Below are positions 56,148 to 64,000 of a stretch of DNA of 64,000 bases, in pieces. The notes beneath the pieces are model-generated. The model ran no database searches, was not told where the DNA came from, and saw nothing but the letters and a program-made list of their open reading frames with translations. How positions within the stretch are numbered: the stretch's first letter is position 1; each line of letters starts with the position of its first letter. The translations under genes and the position numbers were made by a program. The stretch is from Bacteriovoracaceae bacterium (GTDB lineage: Bacteria; Bdellovibrionota; Bacteriovoracia; Bacteriovoracales; Bacteriovoracaceae): assembly GCA_041586955.1 (NCBI GenBank), contig JBFGZE010000006.1, forward strand, positions 1 through 64,000, written 5' to 3'.

Positions 56148-57767
56148 ATGAATAAGCCTGATTTTATATTTAACCCGCTCGGCGGCCTTGGCCAAATAGG
56201 CTCTAACTTCATGCTATTAGAGGCCAATCAGACTAATATTTTAATTGATTGTGGCATCTTATTTCCCAGTGATGATTGCTATGGCCTCAATTATCTAGTT
56301 CCCAATTTCAAAGATCTATCGCATTTAGACTACCTGGTCATTACTCACGGGCATGAAGACCATATTGGAGCAATCCAACATATCATTGACGCCTTTCCTC
56401 AGGTCAAAATTTATGCCCCACCTTTTGCGATTCATCTCATTCGTCATAAATTGGGAAGAGAAGTTCAAATAGAAGAGTATCGTTCAAAGACAAAATTTCT
56501 AATTGAAGATATTGTCTTCAACCCTGTCCAAGTTAATCACTCTATTCCAGATACTTTTGGCCTTCATTTTCATCTTAAAGACTCCAATCATTGTTATTTT
56601 TTTGCTTCTGATTTTAAAATTGATACCCAGGCATGGACAGAAAGCAAATTTGATCTCGAATATTTAAATCAGATTTCCACAAAATTTACTTATAAATATT
56701 TATTTGCTGATAGTACCAATATTGCTTCACAAAGAGAGATTGGACAAAGCGAGTACGATGTCTACCAAGAGCTCGATCAAATAATTAAGGGCCATAAGGG
56801 ACGAGTCATCGTCACATCTTTTAGTTCGAATATTAATCGCATACGCTCTCTCTTGGAAATCGCAAAAAAAACAAATAAAAAAGTCGTACTTTATGGTAGG
56901 GCCGTTCAAAATTACACCAAAATCGCCCATCAATTAGGTTTTTTACCAGAGTGGGAACAATATGCTCGGGATATTGAAAAAGTTAATTGTGAAGAAGAGC
57001 ATATTTATATTTGCAGTGGCTGCCAGGGAGAATTTAGAGCAACTCTTAATCGAGTTGCCAATAATACCGATTCTCATCTAAAGATTAAAGAATCTGACCT
57101 CGTCATTTTTTCGAGTAAACCTATTCCTGGTAATGAAAAAAATATTGCTCTCATGGTTAATAAATTAACTGAATTAGGAGCAACCATTATAACTGCCAAT
57201 GATCGTCTCGTTCACGTATCTGGTCACGCTTATAAAAATGAGCTTTTGGCCCTTTATCAGGCATACCGCCCAACAACCATAGTACCCATTCATGGTGAAA
57301 GTTATTTTCTAAAGAAACATTGTCGATATATTAAAGAGAGTTATCCCCAGGCCGAGTCAATTTTTTTGCTTAATAATCAATCTTTAATTATTAATAGTGA
57401 CGGAGGACATTCCATTTCAGAAAAAGAGAATCCTGGCCTTCTCTATTTTCTTTCTCAAAGAGTTGAGGTGCCCCAAGTAAGCCTTAAAGAAAGAAGGAAA
57501 TTAGCACAACAAGGTGCGATTTTCCTCTCTTATGATATTGCCAAAGGGAGTTATACATTTACTCTAATGGGCCTTCCTATTGTTGACGAAGAAAAGCTCT
57601 CTCAATTTATCCATCAAAATATTATTAAAAATAATATTCAATGTGATCAAGAAGCAAAAGTTTTATTAAGACAATTCTTTAAAGGATTCTACTCGGTTAA
57701 ACCTGAATGTATTATTCATATCAATAGTTTAAAAAAAAGCTCCTTTCGGAGCTTTTTTAAAACTTAA
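56148..57767 (+). CDS. rnj: ribonuclease J
   Basis: PLGGLGQIG, THGHEDHIG, HSIPD, DFKID, PIPGNE, HVSGH and PIHGE motifs. Confidence 0.95.
   Translation: MNKPDFIFNPLGGLGQIGSNFMLLEANQTNILIDCGILFPSDDCYGLNYLVPNFKDLSHLDYLVITHGHEDHIGAIQHIIDAFPQVKIYAPPFAIHLIRHKLGREVQIEEYRSKTKFLIEDIVFNPVQVNHSIPDTFGLHFHLKDSNHCYFFASDFKIDTQAWTESKFDLEYLNQISTKFTYKYLFADSTNIASQREIGQSEYDVYQELDQIIKGHKGRVIVTSFSSNINRIRSLLEIAKKTNKKVVLYGRAVQNYTKIAHQLGFLPEWEQYARDIEKVNCEEEHIYICSGCQGEFRATLNRVANNTDSHLKIKESDLVIFSSKPIPGNEKNIALMVNKLTELGATIITANDRLVHVSGHAYKNELLALYQAYRPTTIVPIHGESYFLKKHCRYIKESYPQAESIFLLNNQSLIINSDGGHSISEKENPGLLYFLSQRVEVPQVSLKERRKLAQQGAIFLSYDIAKGSYTFTLMGLPIVDEEKLSQFIHQNIIKNNIQCDQEAKVLLRQFFKGFYSVKPECIIHINSLKKSSFRSFFKT
57731..57758. 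terminator. bidirectional intrinsic terminator between convergent rnj and ftsZ
   Basis: AAAAAAAAGCTCC-TTTC-GGAGCTTTTTT. Confidence 0.85.
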
Positions 57768-57778
57768 TATAGTCATTA

Positions 57779-59224
57779 TTAGCGAACATGATCAGTGTTT
57801 GAGTTCTCATTTCTCAAGTAACTTGGCCGATCCAATTCATCCTCATCAAAATTAATGAATCCTAGCTTTTCAGCAATACTTTTCGCTCTTTTATTGGCGG
57901 TATACGCACTTGACTCATTGCTCGAATTGTCATTAAACTGCATATTTGAAGGACCTTTCGATTTCTCATATTGTGAAGCAGCTTCCTGAATATTACGAAC
58001 AAGAGGGGATTCCTCATTTATATTTTCTGTAGGAATATAGTTTCCTTCTTCTCTTTCAGAATAAATCACTTGATCACGAGAAATAGGGGCTTCTTCTATC
58101 GTAGGTTGGCCTATATACGTACTCTGAGATGCTGATTCTGCCTTCTGTGTTTGAGGTTGCACCTCTTCACTCATTGTCGCTTGTTGTGGTCTAATCGGAG
58201 CTGCCGTAACTGGTTCTTGAACAGGTCTTTGAGGAGTCGCTGGTCTTCTTAAGCGCGACACCTCATCGCCCAAACCTGTTGCAACGACTGTTACTTTAAT
58301 ACTATCTTCCATCGTATCGTCAACGACTGCACCAAAAATAATCTCTGCATCCTCGTCAGCGGCTTCAGTAATTAACATTACGGCCTCATTTGTCTCAAAC
58401 ATTGTTAATGAAGAATTCCCTGTAATATTAATAATAATACCTGTAGCACCATCGATACTTATATCTTCTAATAATGGACTAGAAATGGCCTCTGTTGCCG
58501 CTTTTACAGCGCGATCAGGACCTGTTGCAACACCGGCCCCCATAAGCGCCAGTCCTTTATTCGCCATGACTGTCTTGACGTCAGCAAAGTCAGCGTTAAT
58601 TTGTCCTGTGTTATTAATTAAATCAGAAATCCCTCGAACAGCATTCAAAAGAACATCATCTGCTTTTTTAAAGGTATCAACTAAGCTTAAACTTTCACCG
58701 GCAATATAAAGAAGTCTTTGATTTGGGATTGTAATCAAAGAATCCACACTTTCTTCTAAGGTTTGGATACCTGTCTCGGCCTGTCTAAAGCGTTTTTTTC
58801 CTTCAAAAAGAAAAGGCTTAGTCACCACTCCAACTGTAAGTGCTCCTAACTCTCTGGCAAGCTTAGCAATTACTGGAGCAGCACCAGTCCCTGTACCACC
58901 ACCCATTCCAGCAGTAATAAAAACCATATCCGAGCCGTTGATAACTTCAGAAAGTGTTTCATATTCATCGAGGGCCGCTTTTCTTCCCACTTCAGGGTTA
59001 GCGCCAGCACCGAGTCCTTTAGTTAACTCTTGGCCTAATTGTACTTTTGTTGGCGCTAAGCTGGCAGCTAATGCTTGAGAATCAGTATTCGCAACAATAT
59101 ATTCAACACCAACTAGTCCTGATTTGATCATGGTATTAACAGCGTTACAACCACCACCTCCAACACCAATTACCTTAATTGTTGCACCTTCTAAAATCTG
59201 ATCGTCATTAGATATTTCGAACAT
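57779..59224 (-). CDS. ftsZ: cell division GTPase FtsZ with long C-terminal linker
   Basis: [16 protein letters not shown] tubulin motif, NADFADV T7 loop, C-terminal ELDRPSYLR. Confidence 0.98.
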   Translation of the reverse strand: MFEISNDDQILEGATIKVIGVGGGGCNAVNTMIKSGLVGVEYIVANTDSQALAASLAPTKVQLGQELTKGLGAGANPEVGRKAALDEYETLSEVINGSDMVFITAGMGGGTGTGAAPVIAKLARELGALTVGVVTKPFLFEGKKRFRQAETGIQTLEESVDSLITIPNQRLLYIAGESLSLVDTFKKADDVLLNAVRGISDLINNTGQINADFADVKTVMANKGLALMGAGVATGPDRAVKAATEAISSPLLEDISIDGATGIIINITGNSSLTMFETNEAVMLITEAADEDAEIIFGAVVDDTMEDSIKVTVVATGLGDEVSRLRRPATPQRPVQEPVTAAPIRPQQATMSEEVQPQTQKAESASQSTYIGQPTIEEAPISRDQVIYSEREEGNYIPTENINEESPLVRNIQEAASQYEKSKGPSNMQFNDNSSNESSAYTANKRAKSIAEKLGFINFDEDELDRPSYLRNENSNTDHVR

Positions 59225-59232
59225 ATATCCCC

Positions 59233-60465
59233 CTAGAATATTTCTTTAAATACGTTTCTAATTGAATTGCCTAATTTCCCAATTAGGTCGTTATTGTCGT
59301 CTACGACATTATTTGTCTTACTTTCATTATTTTTAAGTCCATCCATCAATAGACCTAAAACAGTAGAGTATTGTGGATTTTGAATAATATTTGTCATTCC
59401 ACCAAGTGGTTTTGGATAACCAATTTTTGTCGGACGCTCTAAGATATATTCACCCAATTCTGGGAGACCATCAATCAAAGCACCACCGCCTGTTAAAACG
59501 ATACCACCATTGATTTCATTAGCTAATTTTTTCTCATCTAATATCTTCGCTATAATTGAAAATAACTCTTCTGCGCGGGAGCCGAGAACCTTAGCAATAA
59601 AGCCTAGACCTATTTCTCTATTTTTTGTACCGCGAATTCCCTGAACAGTGATATGTGATGATTGATTAATTTTTTCATGTAAAACAGAGCCATGATGGGT
59701 TTTAATACGCTCCGCTTCCGCATGGGGAACCTTTAAGGCGACGGCCAAATCATTTGTAAAATGATGTCCCCCGACAGGTATAATTTGGGAGTGAACGAGA
59801 CTCCCTTCTTTCCAAAGTGCCAAATCGGTTGTGCCACCTCCAATATCTACTAATAGCACTCCCAATTCTTTTTCCTCTTCCGATAGAACAGCATCAGAGG
59901 AAGCAATAGGCTGCAGAGTAATCTTATCCGCCTGAATACCTGTTTGCTCCACACATTTTACTAAGTTTTGAATTAATGAGATAGCACCTGTCACAATATG
60001 AACATGGGCCTCAAGGCGAATACCACACATCCCGACAGGGTTCTTAATACCCGCAGTATTATCAACTCGAAACTCCTGTGGAATAACGTGGAGGATTTCA
60101 CGGTCAGAAGGAATGACAACCGCTTTTGCTGCCTCAACAACTCTTTCAACATCTTCATTTGTTATTTCAGAGTTTTTAATAGCAACAACACCAGAGCTAT
60201 TAAAGCTATAAATATGACTACCAGCTATGCCAATAGTCGCTTTTTCAATATTAACCCCCGCCATAAGGCGAGCATCTTCTAAACTGCATTGGATTGATTT
60301 AACGGTTTTATCGATATTAACGACGGAGCCTTTTTTCAGGCCATGGGAGGGATGGGAACCTATCCCGATAATTTCAAGACCAGTTTCCGGTTGGTTTATT
60401 CCTACGATAGTACAAACTTTAGTAGTCCCTACATCTAGACCAACGATTATATTTCGTTCATTCAT
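59233..60465 (-). CDS. ftsA: cell division protein FtsA
   Basis: LDVGTTK, GLKKGSVVNI, VDIGGGTTD, VLTGGGA and PQYSTVLGL motifs. Confidence 0.97.
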   Translation of the reverse strand: MNERNIIVGLDVGTTKVCTIVGINQPETGLEIIGIGSHPSHGLKKGSVVNIDKTVKSIQCSLEDARLMAGVNIEKATIGIAGSHIYSFNSSGVVAIKNSEITNEDVERVVEAAKAVVIPSDREILHVIPQEFRVDNTAGIKNPVGMCGIRLEAHVHIVTGAISLIQNLVKCVEQTGIQADKITLQPIASSDAVLSEEEKELGVLLVDIGGGTTDLALWKEGSLVHSQIIPVGGHHFTNDLAVALKVPHAEAERIKTHHGSVLHEKINQSSHITVQGIRGTKNREIGLGFIAKVLGSRAEELFSIIAKILDEKKLANEINGGIVLTGGGALIDGLPELGEYILERPTKIGYPKPLGGMTNIIQNPQYSTVLGLLMDGLKNNESKTNNVVDDNNDLIGKLGNSIRNVFKEIF

Positions 60466-60528
60466 GAGAATCCTTTCTCTTTTAAATGTCTTCCTAACAA
60501 TAGGTACTTTTTACCTTATATGAAAATT

Positions 60529-61305
60529 TTAGAATTTGTCGCTAAACTTGACAACAACTTTTTTCGCATTGGTGAGGTTTATAACGGCGGGGACCCTTTT
60601 TTTCTCATTTAAATAACTTACTATTTTTTTCAACTTTTTAATTTTATCAACCCAACCCTTATTACCTATAAAGACACTGGATGGCTTTCCTTTGATGGAA
60701 AGAATAATCGTCATATCATTTTTATCGGATATAATTATCTCCGATACTTTTTCTCTAAAATTAACCGGAAGAATTTTGAAGATATTTGTTATCTCTTGTT
60801 GAAGATCATTTTCTATTTTACCTACGGGTAGCGCTAGGTAGGGAAGATCACCTTTTATCTTTTTTTCCGTTCTTAAAAGGACTTCATAAGTCGGATCGAA
60901 TAATTGTCCATTACTTACGAGTAAAGCTTCATAAGATTCAGTGCCATCATTTTTGTAAAGCTGAACCTTCATTAATGGACTAGGGCAATCAAACTTAATA
61001 TTTAAAAACGATTTTACTGGGTTATATGAAATTGCATAATCACTTAAGAAATGCTTGTCCTTGAGCTTATGCTTGATGATGGTTTTCTTAATATCTCGTA
61101 GCGAATAATTGCGTTCAAATTCCTTAACTAATTTAAGGGCGAGACTTCCTGAAGATCGTGAAGGACAATTACCAAAACTCGTTCTGTATTGAAGCTTCTG
61201 ATTATTCCCCTTATAACTCGCTAGCATAGGGGCACTGAAACAAAGTGTGGAAGCTAAGATCAAGCATTTTACGGTGAATTTAGGGACACTTAACTTCAAA
61301 CTCAA
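60529..61305 (-). CDS. ftsQ: divergent FtsQ/DivIB-like protein
   Basis: Position between murB and ftsA. LLVSNGQ and DLPYL segments, C-terminal VINLTNAKKVVVK beta motif. Confidence 0.6.
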   Translation of the reverse strand: MSLKLSVPKFTVKCLILASTLCFSAPMLASYKGNNQKLQYRTSFGNCPSRSSGSLALKLVKEFERNYSLRDIKKTIIKHKLKDKHFLSDYAISYNPVKSFLNIKFDCPSPLMKVQLYKNDGTESYEALLVSNGQLFDPTYEVLLRTEKKIKGDLPYLALPVGKIENDLQQEITNIFKILPVNFREKVSEIIISDKNDMTIILSIKGKPSSVFIGNKGWVDKIKKLKKIVSYLNEKKRVPAVINLTNAKKVVVKFSDKF

Positions 61306-62185
61306 AATTTAATCCATATTGTAACTTTAGTTCATCTTTAACAAACGAAATTAATTCGAGGATATCATCACTAGTGGAGTCACCACTATTTTCGACAAAG
61401 TTACCGTGCTTATGACTTACTTTTAAATCACCTATGGTAAATCCCTTCATACCTATTATATCTATAAACTTTCCTGCGGGGCAAGTTTCCCCCTTAAAAT
61501 CTGAGTTTTTAAAAATACAACCACATGTTGCAGAACTCATAGGCTGAGTTTCATTCCTTTTGGCCAAATAATTTTTTATTATTTGGCCAATATTGGAATC
61601 AATCCCCATATTCTTCATTTTCGCGAAAGCGACAACCTCGCCCTTTTGAATAAACGTATTACCACGGTATTTAAAATCACCTGATACTGTTTTTTTCCAA
61701 TAAGTACTGCCATCAGGCCTAACAATCAAAACTTCAGTAACCAGGGACCCTATTTCACCTAAATTCGTACCGGCATTCATAAAAATGGCGCCACCTACCG
61801 AAGCAGGAATTCCGGTGAAAACTTCCCAGTTCTTTAGACCATTTTTAGCAGCATGAGACGTTAAGCGAGATAAACTAAGAGAGGCCGGTACAACATATAT
61901 ATTTCTGACTCTATCAAAATATTCTCTTTTAAACGGAAATTTAATTTGAATATAAACGCCGTTAACTAAACTCTCCGGCAGGATTTGATTCGCACCCTGG
62001 CCCAAGAGGATATAATTGATATGATTATCATTTAATTTTTTAACAACTGTCTTTAAGGCGATTAGACTTTTAACCACGATCAAATCACCGCTTGCCTTTA
62101 ATTTTAAAGTCGAAAATTTTTTGAGATTCGCTTCAATCAAAACATCTATTTGCGAATTGCCGCGAAACAGGGTTTCAAGCTTCAT
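61280..62185 (-). CDS. murB: UDP-N-acetylenolpyruvoylglucosamine reductase
   Basis: LGQGANQ, GIPASVGGAIFMNAG, QP...TCGCIFKN, HGNF and FEV motifs. Start moved to ATG 62185. Confidence 0.95.
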   Translation of the reverse strand: MKLETLFRGNSQIDVLIEANLKKFSTLKLKASGDLIVVKSLIALKTVVKKLNDNHINYILLGQGANQILPESLVNGVYIQIKFPFKREYFDRVRNIYVVPASLSLSRLTSHAAKNGLKNWEVFTGIPASVGGAIFMNAGTNLGEIGSLVTEVLIVRPDGSTYWKKTVSGDFKYRGNTFIQKGEVVAFAKMKNMGIDSNIGQIIKNYLAKRNETQPMSSATCGCIFKNSDFKGETCPAGKFIDIIGMKGFTIGDLKVSHKHGNFVENSGDSTSDDILELISFVKDELKLQYGLNFEFEVKCP

Positions 62186-63560
62186 TTTTCTCCACCCATT
62201 CCCTAACCTTACGGCCAATAGAGCCTGCTCCTAAAGTTAAAACCACACAATCTTCAGTTTTAAAACGGTCGAGAGTCTTAAAAAAGTTATCATAATTATC
62301 AATCGTTACTGACAATTCGGGGTGCAAGATATTAATATCTAAACTTAAACGATCTGAAGTAATTCCTGCAATTTGCATTTCACTGGCCGGATAAATCGGC
62401 AATAAAAATAATTCATGACAAAGATTAAAAGAGTGTAAAAAGTCTTCCCAGCAATCTTTTGTCCGTGAAAAGCGATGGGGTTCAAAAATAACATATAACT
62501 TCTTGCCCGGGTGGGATTCCTTAAAGATCGAGATCGTTTTTTGTACTTCTGTAGGGTGGTGGCCATAATCATCAATCAATTCAAATCTTGGTGTTTTTAA
62601 TAATTGCTGAAAGCGCCTTCCAACTCCTTTAAATTTACAGATACTATCAATTATTTGCTGTTCCTTTAAACCGAGGAAACGAGAAATAGCAATGGAACCC
62701 AATGCATTGAGAATATTATGCTCACCTGGAGTATGAATGGTAAAGCGTCCAATCGATTGACCACCTTCATAGACGTCAAATTCAGAGACTGTTCCATTGA
62801 TCTTTATATTTTGAGCATAAATATCTGCATCATTGCTTAGGCCAAAAGTAATTATTGGTCGTTTAATTTCTGGCATGATCTCTCTCACACCAGCATCACT
62901 GATATTTAAAGCGACCACTCCATAAAAAGGCACTTTATTAGCAAAATCAATAAAAGCATTCTTAACATTGTCAAAAGTTTTATAATGATCCAAATGATCA
63001 CTATCAATATTAGTGATCAGTGAAACGATTGGATTTAATAATAAGAAGCTGCCGTCACTTTCATCGGCTTCAGCGACGAGGAACTCTCCTTTACCAATTT
63101 TAGCGTGGCCATTTAGGTTCGCGACGATCCCTCCAATAATATAGGTTGGATCATATTGGCTTTCCTTTAGGATTGTTGCCAATAAGCTAGTAGTGGTTGT
63201 TTTGCCATGAGTTCCCGCAATAGCGATTCCCTTCTTTAAGCGCATAAGCTCCGCGAGCATCTCAGCACGTCTCATTATTGGAATATTTTTTACTTTTGCC
63301 GCTATCATCTCAGGGTTGTCATTTTTAACCGCTGATGAATAAACAATGACATTATAATCTTTGATATTTTTGGCATCATGGCCAAGATAAACGTCAACAC
63401 CTAATTCTCTTAAGTGTACAACATTCTGTGATTCATTAAGATCTGAGCCAGAAACTGAAAATCCAAAGCTTACTAGAACTTCAGCAATTCCGCTCATTCC
63501 AATGCCACCGATGCCAATAAAATGGACCTTTACTTTACTTTTAAAATCAAACAACTTCAT
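62175..63560 (-). CDS. murC: UDP-N-acetylmuramate--L-alanine ligase
   Basis: HFIGIGGIGMSG, GTHGKTTT, EADESD, DHLDHY, DDYGHHPTE and PHRFSR motifs. Confidence 0.97.
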   Translation of the reverse strand: MKLFDFKSKVKVHFIGIGGIGMSGIAEVLVSFGFSVSGSDLNESQNVVHLRELGVDVYLGHDAKNIKDYNVIVYSSAVKNDNPEMIAAKVKNIPIMRRAEMLAELMRLKKGIAIAGTHGKTTTTSLLATILKESQYDPTYIIGGIVANLNGHAKIGKGEFLVAEADESDGSFLLLNPIVSLITNIDSDHLDHYKTFDNVKNAFIDFANKVPFYGVVALNISDAGVREIMPEIKRPIITFGLSNDADIYAQNIKINGTVSEFDVYEGGQSIGRFTIHTPGEHNILNALGSIAISRFLGLKEQQIIDSICKFKGVGRRFQQLLKTPRFELIDDYGHHPTEVQKTISIFKESHPGKKLYVIFEPHRFSRTKDCWEDFLHSFNLCHELFLLPIYPASEMQIAGITSDRLSLDINILHPELSVTIDNYDNFFKTLDRFKTEDCVVLTLGAGSIGRKVREWVEKNEA

Positions 63561-63570
63561 CTCTCCAGAT

Positions 63571-64000
63571 TCAACGAGAAATATAAGAATAGCTTTCCTT
63601 TATTCTCTGATTGCGCACATTGGCCAATATCATACCAATTGCAAAAAAATTGGCCAGTAGAGAAGATCCTCCCGAACTAATAAAAGGTAGATTTAAACCT
63701 TTTGTTGGTAAGAGACCTAAAACAACTCCCATATTTATTATCGCCTGTAGGCCAATTGTCGCGATGAGAGCAGTGACGAGTATATATGAGTTTTTTTCTT
63801 TCATTGCTAGAGCAATCTTAAATCCTTTAAATATAAGAATCGCAAAAAGAGTCACCACAAATAAAACGCCAACAAAGCCTAATTCTTCACCAACGACACT
63901 GAATATAAAATCATTATGGGCCTCAGGTAAATAAAATAATTTTTCATTACTATTTCCTAGCCCGGAGCCCCAAAAAGAGCCATTGGCAAAGGCCAGATAG
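63571..64000 (-). CDS. ftsW: SEDS-family cell division protein FtsW (5' end outside window)
   Basis: GSGLGNSNEKLFYLPEAHNDFIFSVVGEELG, LLPTKGLNLPFISSGGSS. Confidence 0.95.
   Translation of the reverse strand, partial: YLAFANGSFWGSGLGNSNEKLFYLPEAHNDFIFSVVGEELGFVGVLFVVTLFAILIFKGFKIALAMKEKNSYILVTALIATIGLQAIINMGVVLGLLPTKGLNLPFISSGGSSLLANFFAIGMILANVRNQRIKESYSYISR

Noticed and set aside
1..64000. CRISPR arrays, tRNA/rRNA genes, IS elements, prophage or defence islands
   Set aside because: No regularly spaced repeats, cloverleafs, transposase/integrase motifs or compositional islands seen. Remaining short antisense ORFs in the track lie inside well-supported genes.

Overview
Low-GC (roughly a third G+C by eye), gene-dense bacterial chromosomal window with no rRNA, tRNA, CRISPR or mobile element that I can recognise. 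The gene content and order suggest a deltaproteobacterial-type organism, most plausibly Bdellovibrionota (Bacteriovorax/Halobacteriovorax-like); this is an inference, not a database result. From left to right: accC(partial)-accB-efp-aroQ-TPR; a complete type IVa pilus locus (pilQPONM, pilD, pilIH, an inverted pilG-like gene, pilA, pilCTB); aroE-ribF; a MoxR/DUF58/Bat vWA operon; a 1384-aa orphan lipoprotein; a head-to-head rqcH/mutS2 pair whose start codons overlap in one CATG; lepB, a PBP-like gene, rlmE and an IMPase-family gene; and a non-coding element of four co-oriented DnaA boxes around an IHF-consensus site (datA-like, apparently not at a GC-skew switch). Next come a flagellar region (fliDST, a Maf N-terminal fragment, two GT9-like proteins, HK/RR, nadK-recN, lpxH, two sigma28 flagellins, hldC), then rsmE-prmA, rnj, and a reduced dcw cluster (ftsW-murC-murB-ftsQ-ftsA-ftsZ). 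The most interesting candidates are the DnaA/IHF element, the RqcH-MutS2 ribosome-rescue pair, and a possible ADP-heptose-linked flagellar glycosylation or sheath module.
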